In this document: piece after piece, positions 50,699 through 59,299 of the stretch | How the letters are laid out: the number at the start of each line of letters is the position of its first letter | How positions within the stretch are numbered: the stretch's first letter is position 1 | Assembly (NCBI GenBank): GCA_963698395.1 | Contig: CAVOQQ010000003.1 | Span: forward strand, 713,267 to 777,266 | Direction: 5' to 3' | DNA from: an uncultured Acidimicrobiales bacterium | GTDB lineage: Bacteria; Actinomycetota; Acidimicrobiia; Acidimicrobiales; SZUA-35 | DNA: 64,000 bases | Made by a program: the position numbers and the translations under genes | Notes under the pieces: model-generated | Database searches by the model: none | Seen by the model: only the letters and a program-made list of their open reading frames with translations | What the model was told of the DNA's origin: nothing

Positions 50699-51963
50699 CC
50701 TTCTCCACCACGCTCACCGATCACCTCGCGTCGGTTCTCGACCGGCGGACGAGCCGTCGCGGGTTCGTCGGCCGTACCGCGCTCGTCGGCAGTGCCGTGG
50801 CGGTGAGCGGCACCGACTACCTACTTCGCCCGGGTACCGCCTATGCAGCCATCTGTCGGTGTCCGCGCCAAGCGATCAACGGCAGCGAACGGCAATGCGG
50901 CTGCGGGGATCTCTGCTGTGATGGGTACACCGAGTTCTGCTGTCAGATCTACGGCGAGAACTCCTGCCCGACCGACACGGTCCTCGCCGGATGGTGGAAG
51001 GTCGACAACTCGACGTTCTGCGATGGCGCAGCCCGCTACTACATGGACTGCAACCAGACGAGCCCGAACTGCACCTGTGGTGCTCGAGGGGTGTGCCGCC
51101 CTGCCGACAACTCCTGCAGCTGTCGGTCCTGTGACAGTCGCGCCGACGGCTGCACCACGTTCCGCTACGGCAACTGCAACAACGACATTGCGTGTGTCGG
51201 ACCCATCATGTGTCGAGTCGTCACCTGTACCAAGCCGTGGGAGATCGACCCTGGCTGCTCGACAGTGGCCCGCACCGATCCGGCCACGGCCTTTCATCAC
51301 CGCCCCTGCCTCGAGGCACCGATCGAGCCGACCGCCGAAGCGCTGGCCTTCGCCTCGGCCCTCTTCATCGACTACCTCGAACGGCCACCGACCGAGAGCG
51401 AACATCTCGAATACGCCACCCGGTTCACCAGTGGTGAGAACCGCAGCCGGATCTCGTCCTCGCTGGCAACGAGCTCGGTCTATGTGGGGTTCTTCGTCGA
51501 TTCGATCTATCAATCGGTGTTCGGTCGAGCGGCAGACCCCGCCGGGCGTGACTACTGGACCGAGCGAATCGTCGGCGGCGTCACACCGGCCGAGGTGGCC
51601 ATACTCTTCTACGGCTCCGAGGAGTTCTACTCGAGTTCCGGCGGTGTGGCGGCCTACGTCACCCGGCTCTATCAAGAGATCCTCGGCCGCGAACCCGAGC
51701 CCGACGGTTTCGAATTCTGGGTCGATCAGGTCGAGGTCAACGACGATCGTCTCGGCATTGCCGACTCGTTCTACTCCTCGATCGAATCTCGCCGCCGCCG
51801 GGTTGCCGATCTGTACCGACGGTTCCTCGATCGAGAGCCCGACGACGCAGGCCTCGAGTATTGGGCCGAGCAGCTGCTCGTCGAAGACGATCTGGAGCTG
51901 GCGGCGTTCCTGTCGGGCAGTGAGGAATATCTCAACCGGGCCCTCGCCAGGTTCGCGCCATGA
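50695..51963 (+). CDS. Tat-exported cysteine-dense protein (MauA-light-chain-like region) fused to DUF4214-type repeats
   Basis: Twin-arginine signal TSRRGFVGRTALVGSAVAV, then about 24 Cys in roughly 165 aa (CRC, CGC, CC, CC, CTC, CSC...), then three DUF4214-like repeats (…YQSVFGRAADPAGRDYW…, …YQEILGREPEPDGFEFW…, …YRRFLDREPDDAGLEYW…). Confidence 0.8.
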   Translation: MTFSTTLTDHLASVLDRRTSRRGFVGRTALVGSAVAVSGTDYLLRPGTAYAAICRCPRQAINGSERQCGCGDLCCDGYTEFCCQIYGENSCPTDTVLAGWWKVDNSTFCDGAARYYMDCNQTSPNCTCGARGVCRPADNSCSCRSCDSRADGCTTFRYGNCNNDIACVGPIMCRVVTCTKPWEIDPGCSTVARTDPATAFHHRPCLEAPIEPTAEALAFASALFIDYLERPPTESEHLEYATRFTSGENRSRISSSLATSSVYVGFFVDSIYQSVFGRAADPAGRDYWTERIVGGVTPAEVAILFYGSEEFYSSSGGVAAYVTRLYQEILGREPEPDGFEFWVDQVEVNDDRLGIADSFYSSIESRRRRVADLYRRFLDREPDDAGLEYWAEQLLVEDDLELAAFLSGSEEYLNRALARFAP

Positions 51964-52006
51964 CCTGCCACGGAAGGGCCGTGAACCACCCCCGAAGGAC
52001 CGCATC

Positions 52007-52792
52007 GTGACCATCGTCGTTTGGCTTCTCGTCGCCATCGTCAGCCTGCTGTGTCTCCTCGTGGTGGGCCTCCTCCGTAGTCACGCAGTGATTCTTCGAG
52101 CACTGCACGACGCCGGTATCGACCTCGACCCCGATCGCCATGCTGCTGCTCCACCCGCCAACCGCCTTCGCCCCTCGGTCGAGTTCACTTCCGATACCGA
52201 GCCAACGATTCGCACCATCGACGGCGTCCCGGGTCCGGCGAACGTCACCGGCATGCGGGTGCCCGATCTCGTTGGTGTCACTCCCACAGGTGGAGCCCGC
52301 ACGGTCGCGGTCAACGATCGCGGCGCCACCCTCCTCGCCTTTCTCACCACTGGATGCGCAACGTGCGCCACCTTCTGGTCGGAGTTCGCCAACGGCGTGC
52401 ACCTGCCGGCCAACACTCGACTCGTCATCGTGACGAAGGGCGGCAACGACGAAAGCCCGGCCGACATCGCCGCCATGGCACCGGCGGGGGTGGTCACAAT
52501 CGCTTCGAGCGAAGCGTGGGACGACTACCGCATTCCCGTTGCTCCCTATTTCGTGCTCGTCGACGGCCGTCGCGGTGTGGTCGCCGGCGAAGGCGCAGCA
52601 CACAGCTGGGCGTTGGTCTCACAGCTGCTCGATCGTGCGCTCGCCGATGCCGGCTACGCCGAGGGCGAGCTGCGTCGGCGAGACATTCTGCTCGGACGTC
52701 GCCGCCACGAGCGAGTCGATCTCGACCTGCGAGACGCCGGCATCGTGCCCGGAGACCCGCGCCTCTACCACGGTCGTATCGAACCCGAATGA
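52007..52792 (+). CDS. membrane-anchored thioredoxin-fold protein (TlpA/MauD-like), CATC active site
   Basis: GTG start with GAAGGA 8 nt upstream, an N-terminal TM helix IVVWLLVAIVSLLCLLVVGLL and LLAFLTTGCATCATFW. Confidence 0.8.
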   Translation: MTIVVWLLVAIVSLLCLLVVGLLRSHAVILRALHDAGIDLDPDRHAAAPPANRLRPSVEFTSDTEPTIRTIDGVPGPANVTGMRVPDLVGVTPTGGARTVAVNDRGATLLAFLTTGCATCATFWSEFANGVHLPANTRLVIVTKGGNDESPADIAAMAPAGVVTIASSEAWDDYRIPVAPYFVLVDGRRGVVAGEGAAHSWALVSQLLDRALADAGYAEGELRRRDILLGRRRHERVDLDLRDAGIVPGDPRLYHGRIEPE

Positions 52793-52872
52793 GCAGCTCC
52801 GTCCTCGTCATCGGCATGGTGGCAGCGGTTCTCGGTGCCATTCGATCGACCTGGTCACCCTGAGGTGAGTCG

Positions 52873-53472
52873 ATGCTGTCCAGCATCCACCCCCTCGGTG
52901 AGCGGGGTCGACGAAACAACTTCGCGACGACCGCCGGAGCGTTCGTCATCGGCAGCCTGTTCGGTGGCGCGCTGACCGGATTCGTGTTCGGCGCTGCCGG
53001 CGAAGCCCTCGATCGAGTCATCGGGCCCATCGGCGAGCGTCAGCGCCTCGTCGTGCTCCTGTTCGTCGGTGTTGTTGCGCTCGGTTTCGATCTGAGTGGC
53101 CGGTCGCTGCCCTCGATCGAGCGACAGGTCAACGAGAACTGGCTCGGTGAGTTCCGGGGCTGGGTCTACGGGCTCGGTTTTGGCGTGCAGTTGGGCGCCG
53201 GAATCGCCACCTACATCACCGCTTCCGTCGTGCTGCTCTGGTTGATGGCCATGCTCGTCGTCGGATCGGTCGCTGCCGCCGTGCTCATCGGCGCGACCTT
53301 TGGCTTGATCCGTGGGTCCTCCATCGTCTTCGCTCGGTCGATCACGAGTCCCGAACGTCTGGTTGCGCTCCATCGCCGGCTGCATCAGTCGGTCGGTCGT
53401 GTGCGGGTGCTCACTCGCGCCGCCCTCGCGGCCTTGACCGTCGCCACGGCCGTGGTTGCCGTCGGCGCATGA
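52873..53472 (+). CDS. polytopic membrane protein; the ORF continues in frame upstream across a TGA to an ATG at 52789
   Basis: 199-aa ORF with at least 5 hydrophobic helices. The 24-codon ORF 52789..52863 (MSSSVLVIGMVAAVLGAIRSTWSP) is in the same frame and separated only by TGA plus 3 codons (see findings). Confidence 0.75.
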   Translation: MLSSIHPLGERGRRNNFATTAGAFVIGSLFGGALTGFVFGAAGEALDRVIGPIGERQRLVVLLFVGVVALGFDLSGRSLPSIERQVNENWLGEFRGWVYGLGFGVQLGAGIATYITASVVLLWLMAMLVVGSVAAAVLIGATFGLIRGSSIVFARSITSPERLVALHRRLHQSVGRVRVLTRAALAALTVATAVVAVGA

Positions 53473-53485
53473 AAGGACATCGAGC

Positions 53486-53971
53486 GTGAATCAGCGCAAC
53501 GACGACTCCTCGCTCACCATGATGCGCACCGCTGCGATGCGACTCGGCCTGCCGCCGGGGTGGGAAGCCGAGATCGATGCGGGCTCGGGCGAGGCCGAGG
53601 CCGCCGGCCCCTCGGTGTCCACGCCCCGTGTGCATGTCGCCAACTTCGCACTGCCGGCCGAGCGAGGCGACTTCGGCAGCGGTGCCGTCGAGCGAATGCA
53701 GTCAGGCAACGTACTGATCTGCTTGCTCGAGGAAGACCGGTCCGTGATCGGCACCCGTTTGTTCGATCACGAGGGGCTGCCGGTTCTCACGGTCGACGAC
53801 TTCTCGCCGACGGGCATGCAACGTCCGATCCGTGGGCAGTCGGGAGCCCAGAAGTTCTTCCATGCCAACGGACGTGCCTTTGCGCTCTATGTCGTCGTCG
53901 GCAGCCACCTCTCCCGAGCGTCGTTCATCGACGAGATCAACCGGGTCATTGCCGCCATCGAGATCGTCTGA
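53486..53971 (+). CDS. hypothetical protein
   Basis: In-frame GTG with GAAAGGA 9 nt upstream, 161 aa, coding-like codon usage, no recognised motif. Confidence 0.55.
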   Translation: MNQRNDDSSLTMMRTAAMRLGLPPGWEAEIDAGSGEAEAAGPSVSTPRVHVANFALPAERGDFGSGAVERMQSGNVLICLLEEDRSVIGTRLFDHEGLPVLTVDDFSPTGMQRPIRGQSGAQKFFHANGRAFALYVVVGSHLSRASFIDEINRVIAAIEIV

Positions 53972-53981
53972 AGCCGGCCAG

Positions 53982-53999
53982 GGGAGTTCTTCGACTCCC
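53982..53999. terminator. short stem-loop between convergent genes
   Basis: GGGAGT-TCTTCG-ACTCCC, a 6-bp stem. Weak. Confidence 0.3.
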
Positions 54000-54004
54000 T
54001 TCGG

Positions 54005-54301
54005 TCAGTCGATCACGACGGTCAAGGACACCTCCACCGTCTCGCCGACGTCAACGCCGATCCGCTTGCGAATGTCCTTCTTCACCGGGAGCACGTAGGG
54101 CCCGGCGTTCTTCTGCGGAAAGACCGATGTCTTCCACTCGGTTCGGCCGATGCTCACGCGGACTCGGACGGAGCCGAAGCCACCGACGTCGGGGGCCAGG
54201 TCCCGAATGATCTCGCTCTCGTCTTCAGGGACGGTGAGGAAGACCCAGGAGCCATTCGAGTGCAACCACAGCGGCGCGTCGAAGTCGAAGGTCGGCTCCA
54301 T
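54005..54301 (-). CDS. DUF1905 family protein
   Basis: WVFLTVPEDESEIIRDL...GFGSVRVRVSIGRTEWKTSVFPQKNAGPYVLPVKKDIRK. The Met at 54301 avoids overlap with the upstream cupin gene. Confidence 0.8.
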   Translation of the reverse strand: MEPTFDFDAPLWLHSNGSWVFLTVPEDESEIIRDLAPDVGGFGSVRVRVSIGRTEWKTSVFPQKNAGPYVLPVKKDIRKRIGVDVGETVEVSLTVVID

Positions 54302-54308
54302 CGGTGCC

Positions 54309-54848
54309 TCAGCTGATTCCGCTGTGGTTGGCACCCACCAACACCACCACCATCAGGCAGGTCTCGTCGAAGGGATTGCGCCATGCGTGCCGAGTGCCGT
54401 TCTGGATCACCGTGTCGCCGGCGCTCAGCTCACGAGTCTCGCCGTCGTCGAGCTCGAGCACGACCCGGCCCGAGACCACGAACTCGTAGTCGACGCTTGC
54501 AGTGGTGTGCATCCCCGGCGCGTCGGGCTCCATGTGGGCGGCCATGCCCGGAAGCACGGTTTCCATCTCGGCAATCGCCGCTTCGATGTCGAGGTCGTCG
54601 AAATCGATCTCCCCATCGGGCGGGACGCTGAAGAGTCCGAATCGGAAGCCGCCGACTGGCGGAAAGTACTGCACTGCGGGTGGAGCCGAACCGTCGTCGG
54701 GAAAGCTCACGGTGTCGTCGGCGCCCCAGAGCCGGAAGAAGTCCATGCCGGGAAGCAGCCCAATGTTGATCGGCTCGATGACCTCATCGCTTGCGAACAC
54801 TGCCTTGCCGGACTCGTCATGACCGGTCACCACTCGTCTGATTCCCAT
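54309..54848 (-). CDS. cupin domain protein
   Basis: Internal Met MGIRRVVTGHDESGKAVF.... C-terminal cupin strands (MHTTASVDYEFVVSGRVVLELDDGETRELSAGDTVIQNGTRHAWRN). Confidence 0.8.
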   Translation of the reverse strand: MGIRRVVTGHDESGKAVFASDEVIEPINIGLLPGMDFFRLWGADDTVSFPDDGSAPPAVQYFPPVGGFRFGLFSVPPDGEIDFDDLDIEAAIAEMETVLPGMAAHMEPDAPGMHTTASVDYEFVVSGRVVLELDDGETRELSAGDTVIQNGTRHAWRNPFDETCLMVVVLVGANHSGIS

Positions 54849-54943
54849 GAGGCATCTTGTCACGGTCACCTCGGCCGAGCTCGTGGACCACGAGATCGCC
54901 GACGGACACGAGCGCCCCCGCGGGGTCATAGGGTGGGTGGCAG

Positions 54944-55288
54944 ATGCTTTGGCTGATGGGCCCCCTCGCTCTCGTTTCCGGCTCGTCGTTTCTCTTCTAC
55001 GGCTACGAGACCCTGTTCAAACAACCCCCTCGGGGTGAATTCGAGCGCTACGGCATGCCTCGGGTTCGACGCTTCGTCGGTGCGACGCAGCTGCTCGGGG
55101 GCGTCGGCGTACTGATCGGACTTCTCATCGCGCCCCTTGGCGCAGCAGCCGCGCTTGGGCTGGCACTGATGATGGCCCTGGGGTTGGTGGTTCGATACCG
55201 AATCCACGATGCCCCACGCTTGATGGTGCCGGCAGCCACGCTCGGTCTGATCAATGCAGTGCTGGTGGTGCTCTTCTCGATGCAGTAA
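54944..55288 (+). CDS. DoxX-like small membrane protein
   Basis: 114 aa with four hydrophobic helices, beginning LFYGYETLFKQPPRGEFERYGMP. Confidence 0.7.
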   Translation: MLWLMGPLALVSGSSFLFYGYETLFKQPPRGEFERYGMPRVRRFVGATQLLGGVGVLIGLLIAPLGAAAALGLALMMALGLVVRYRIHDAPRLMVPAATLGLINAVLVVLFSMQ

Positions 55289-55293
55289 CCGAG

Positions 55294-55669
55294 TCAGTCC
55301 CGTCGACCGAGGAGTGCCGCTGCTGTCGACAGGGAGAAGACGCTGATGGCGGGGAGCGATCGCTTGATCGGATCCTTCACCTTGACGTGCATGCCGATCG
55401 CACCGAGCATCATCGTGGCGAGCCCGGCGGACAGCGGGGCGAGCGAGCTTTGGCACGAACAGACCGACGAGCATGGTGCCGGCCAGGCCGACCTTCGTTG
55501 CGCCGACGGCGTACATCGTCTTCTCTGACATGCCGTATTCGGCGAATTCCTCTTTCATGTTCTTGGCGTCACCACCGCGATAGCCGGTGTCTTTGTCGAA
55601 CCGAAGAAACCAGACGTTCAGGATCCACAACGCGGCGGTTGCTTGGGCGATTCTTGCGATGACGTTCAT
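55294..55669 (-). pseudogene. DoxX-like membrane protein, apparent 1-nt frameshift near 55445
   Basis: The frame from ATG 55669 (GGGAGA RBS) gives MNVIARIAQATAALWILNVWFLRFDKD...GLFVPKLA and then nonsense. The +1 frame continues LAPLSAGLATMMLGAIGMHVKVKDPIKRSLPAISVFSLSTAAALLGRRD-stop at 55294. Confidence 0.65.
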
Positions 55670-55869
55670 GAGGGTCTCCCTTTTGTTGCATGACGAAGCT
55701 CGGCCTGCGATGGCACAGCTTGCCCCGGATCGGTCCGAATGAAACATCGCGAGCAGAGCGTCCGGGGACTTCGGTCCCTGTTCGGCTCTCGGGTCGGGTC
55801 GTACCCTGCAGAAGTTGGCCGCCGCCGCAAAGCGAAGGGGCCGGCCCGGCTTGGAGGAAGGGGATTCTC

Positions 55870-56685
55870 TTGCATGAGCCGAACGGGGGGGTGCTGTCTG
55901 TTCAGAACCTCGAAGTGGTGTACAGCGACGTGATTCTCGCCCTCAGGGGTGTGAGCCTCGACGTCCCGAGTGGATCGATCGTTGCGCTCTTGGGGGCGAA
56001 CGGCGCAGGCAAGACCACGGTGCTTCGAGCCATCAGTGGGCTTCTCGGTTCACACCGAGCGCGCATCACCAAGGGATCGATTTCGCTCGATGGCATCGAC
56101 ATCACGAGTCGCTCGACGGCAAGTGTCGTCGGCCACGGTCTGGCCCAAGTGATGGAGGGCCGTCGGATCTTCGCCGACCTGACCGTTCAGGAAAACCTCC
56201 GGGCGGGTGCGCTCGTTCGGAGGCCGGGACGCGAGGAACTCGATGCCGCCTACGACGTCGTCCTCGATCTGTTCCCGGTCCTGAAAGACCGCTGGGACAG
56301 TTCAGCCGGCTACCTCTCCGGTGGCGAGCAGCAGATGCTCGCCATTGGCCAAGCGCTGATGTCGAGGCCGCGGATGCTCCTCCTCGATGAGCCGTCGCTC
56401 GGTCTCGCACCTCGAGTCATCGAGCAGATCCGCGACGTGATTCGCAATATCAACCGAGAGGGCACGGGCGTGCTGCTGATCGAACAGAACGCCCAGATGG
56501 CGCTGTCGATCGCTGATCACGCGTACATCCTCGAGAACGGCAAGGTCGCAAAGGCGGGTGCCGCCGACGAACTCCGAGAGGACAAGGACATCCAGGAGTT
56601 CTATCTCGGCGTGGGAGAGGGTGGCGGCCGTACCCGCCTCGACCAGGTGAAGAGCTATCGGCGGCATCGAAGTTGGAGCTCGTGA
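55870..56685 (+). CDS. branched-chain-amino-acid-type ABC transporter ATP-binding protein (LivF-like)
   Basis: GANGAGKTT, LSGGEQQMLAIGQAL and LLLDEPSLGLAP. A TTG start follows GGAGGA; an alternative GTG lies at 55891. Confidence 0.9.
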   Translation: MHEPNGGVLSVQNLEVVYSDVILALRGVSLDVPSGSIVALLGANGAGKTTVLRAISGLLGSHRARITKGSISLDGIDITSRSTASVVGHGLAQVMEGRRIFADLTVQENLRAGALVRRPGREELDAAYDVVLDLFPVLKDRWDSSAGYLSGGEQQMLAIGQALMSRPRMLLLDEPSLGLAPRVIEQIRDVIRNINREGTGVLLIEQNAQMALSIADHAYILENGKVAKAGAADELREDKDIQEFYLGVGEGGGRTRLDQVKSYRRHRSWSS

Positions 56686-57476
56686 TGACGACCGAGACCG
56701 ACAGCAAGGGGATCCTGCTCGACGTGGCCGACGTGTCGCTCTCCTTTGGAGGCGTGCACGCACTGACCGATGTCAGCTACCAGGTGGGCAACGGCGAGCT
56801 GTTCGCCGTCATCGGGCCGAACGGCGCAGGCAAGACCTCGATCTTCAATTGCCTCAACGCGGTCTACCGCCCCCAGCGGGGCATCGCACGACTCGACGGT
56901 GTCGATCTCCTCGAGCTTCGTCCCGTCGACACCGCCGAACTCGGCGTGGCGCGTACCTTCCAGAATCTGGCGCTGTTCACCAATCTGTCGGTGATCGACA
57001 ACCTGATGTTGGGTCGACACCATCTGCTCCGAGCCGGCCCGATCTCGGGGCCATTGTGGTGGGGAAAGGCTCGACGCGAGGAACGGATCCAACGGCAGCG
57101 GTGTGCCGAGATCGCCGATCTCCTCGAACTGGGCGACTACGGCAGCATGCCCGTCGGAGCCCTGCCGTACGGGGTGCAGAAGCGCATCGAGCTCGGCCGT
57201 GCCCTGGCGATGGAGCCGAGACTGCTCCTCCTCGACGAGCCGGTTGCCGGTATGAACCAAGAAGAGACCGAAGACACCGCTCGCTACATCCTCCAGATCC
57301 GTCGCGAGCTCGGGATCGCCACGATCCTCGTCGAGCACCAAATGGATCTCGTCATGGATCTGGCCGATCGAGTCATGGTCCTCAACTTCGGTTCGGTTGT
57401 CGCCATCGGCACACCGGCGGAGATCCAGCAGAACCCGAAGGTGCACGAGGTCTACCTCGGAAGTGAGGAGTCATGA
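56685..57476 (+). CDS. branched-chain-amino-acid-type ABC transporter ATP-binding protein (LivG-like)
   Basis: GPNGAGKTS, ARTFQNLALF, LPYGVQKRIELGRAL and LLLDEP. The ATG overlaps the upstream stop (TGATG). Confidence 0.9.
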   Translation: MTTETDSKGILLDVADVSLSFGGVHALTDVSYQVGNGELFAVIGPNGAGKTSIFNCLNAVYRPQRGIARLDGVDLLELRPVDTAELGVARTFQNLALFTNLSVIDNLMLGRHHLLRAGPISGPLWWGKARREERIQRQRCAEIADLLELGDYGSMPVGALPYGVQKRIELGRALAMEPRLLLLDEPVAGMNQEETEDTARYILQIRRELGIATILVEHQMDLVMDLADRVMVLNFGSVVAIGTPAEIQQNPKVHEVYLGSEES

Positions 57477-59299
57477 GCGCAACCACCGTCGAGGCAGCGA
57501 CCGTGTCCAGCGAGCCGACCTCGTTGGCAGCGATGCTCGTTGCCCGGGCCGGCGACATGGCCGACGGGACCGCATTGCGCCACCATCATCTCGGCGTCTG
57601 GGTGTCGCACACCTGGAGCGAGTACGCCGCCAGGGCCGCTCGTGTCGGCATGGCGCTCCACGAACTCGGTGTCGGCGTTGGCGATCGCATCGCGATCCAC
57701 AGTCAGAACCGGCCCGAGTGGCTGTTCGTCGACATCGGTGGTCAGGGCGTCGGCGCAGTACCGGTGGGTATCTACCCGACGTCGCCGGCATCGGAAGTCG
57801 AGTACCTCCTCGGGCACAGCGAGGCCTCGGTGCTCATCGTCGAAGACGAGGAGCAGCTCGACAAGGTCCTCGAGGTCCGAGATCGGCTGCCACTGCTGAA
57901 GCGCATCGTCGTCATCGATGACCGAACGACCATGCAACACCTCGACGACCCGCAGATCATGACGTTCACCGAGCTCGAGGCCCTGGGCGCCGGACTCGAG
58001 GGGCGGTGGATCGAGCACGTCAACAGGATCGATCCGGATCAGGTGGCGCTCATCGTCTACACCTCGGGCACGACGGGCCCGCCAAAGGGAGCGATGCTCA
58101 GCCATCGCAATCTCACCGCTGCGGCGACCACGTTCAACGCGGCATTCGAGTCGAGCAGCAGCGACGAGGTGCTGTCGTACCTCCCGCTGTGTCATATCGC
58201 CGAGCGGCTGAGCTCGGCCATCAATGCGTTGCGTGTCGGCTATGTCGTGAACTTCGGTCGCGGTGGCGAGTTCTTCGCCAAGGATCTTCGCGACGTGCAA
58301 CCAACCATCTTCCTCGGTGTTCCTCGTGTCTGGGAGAAGATGGCGGCAACCGTCGAGATCAGGATGAACGACGCCTCGCGACTCAAGCGCAGTCTGTACC
58401 ACGCTGCGGTGCGTCGAGGTCGTGTGCAGGCCCGCGATCAGATGGACGGCCGATCGAGTCTCGGTGGCCGATTCGTCGCGTGGCTGCTGTGGATCGGAGT
58501 GTTTCGAGCGTTGCGAGACAAGCTCGGCCTGCGGCGAGTGCGAGTTGCCTTGTCGGGTGCAGCACCGATCGCGCCGCAGCTTCTGGAGTACTTCTGGGCC
58601 ATCGGTGTGCATGTTCGAGAGGGCTATGGGCAGACCGAGAACACTGCGGTTGCCACCTATACGCCCGAAGACGACGTTCGGTTGGGCAAGGTCGGCAAGG
58701 CATTGCCAGGCGTCGAGATCCGCATTGACGACACGGGCGAGATCCTCACCCGTTCCGCGTGCAACTTCGTCGGGTACCTGAAGAACCCCGAGGCAACAGC
58801 CGAGACGGTCGATGCCGAGGGATGGCTCCGCACTGGCGATGTCGGCGAGCTGGATGCCGCCGGGTTCCTGACCATCACCGACCGCGTGAAGGATCTGATC
58901 ATCACCGCCGGCGGGAAGAACATCTCGCCGAGTGAGATCGAGAACCAGCTCAAGGTGTCGCCCTACGTTCGCGAGGCGATCGTCATCGGCGATCAACGCA
59001 AGTACCTCGTTGCCTTGATCGGCATCGAACTCGACACCGTCGGGGACTGGGCAGCTCGCCGGGGGCTTCCCTACACCACCTATGCCGATCTGACATCGAA
59101 GCACGAGGTGGGCGAGCTGATCAGTGAAGTGGTCGACCACACCAATCGTGACTTGGCGCGAGTCGAGCAGATCAAGGCGTTTCGACTGCTCGCTCGTGAA
59201 CTCGACCACGAAGGGGGCGAGTTGACGGCGACGCAGAAGGTCAAGCGTCGGTCGATCGCCACGGAGTTCGGCGACCTCATCGAGGAGATGTACCGATGA
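57473..59299 (+). CDS. AMP-dependent acyl-CoA synthetase/ligase (long-chain fatty-acid-CoA ligase-like)
   Basis: YTSGTTGPPKGAMLSHRN, GYGQTE, TGDVG and GGKNISP motifs. It overlaps both neighbouring genes by 4 nt. Confidence 0.92.
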   Translation: MSATTVEAATVSSEPTSLAAMLVARAGDMADGTALRHHHLGVWVSHTWSEYAARAARVGMALHELGVGVGDRIAIHSQNRPEWLFVDIGGQGVGAVPVGIYPTSPASEVEYLLGHSEASVLIVEDEEQLDKVLEVRDRLPLLKRIVVIDDRTTMQHLDDPQIMTFTELEALGAGLEGRWIEHVNRIDPDQVALIVYTSGTTGPPKGAMLSHRNLTAAATTFNAAFESSSSDEVLSYLPLCHIAERLSSAINALRVGYVVNFGRGGEFFAKDLRDVQPTIFLGVPRVWEKMAATVEIRMNDASRLKRSLYHAAVRRGRVQARDQMDGRSSLGGRFVAWLLWIGVFRALRDKLGLRRVRVALSGAAPIAPQLLEYFWAIGVHVREGYGQTENTAVATYTPEDDVRLGKVGKALPGVEIRIDDTGEILTRSACNFVGYLKNPEATAETVDAEGWLRTGDVGELDAAGFLTITDRVKDLIITAGGKNISPSEIENQLKVSPYVREAIVIGDQRKYLVALIGIELDTVGDWAARRGLPYTTYADLTSKHEVGELISEVVDHTNRDLARVEQIKAFRLLARELDHEGGELTATQKVKRRSIATEFGDLIEEMYR

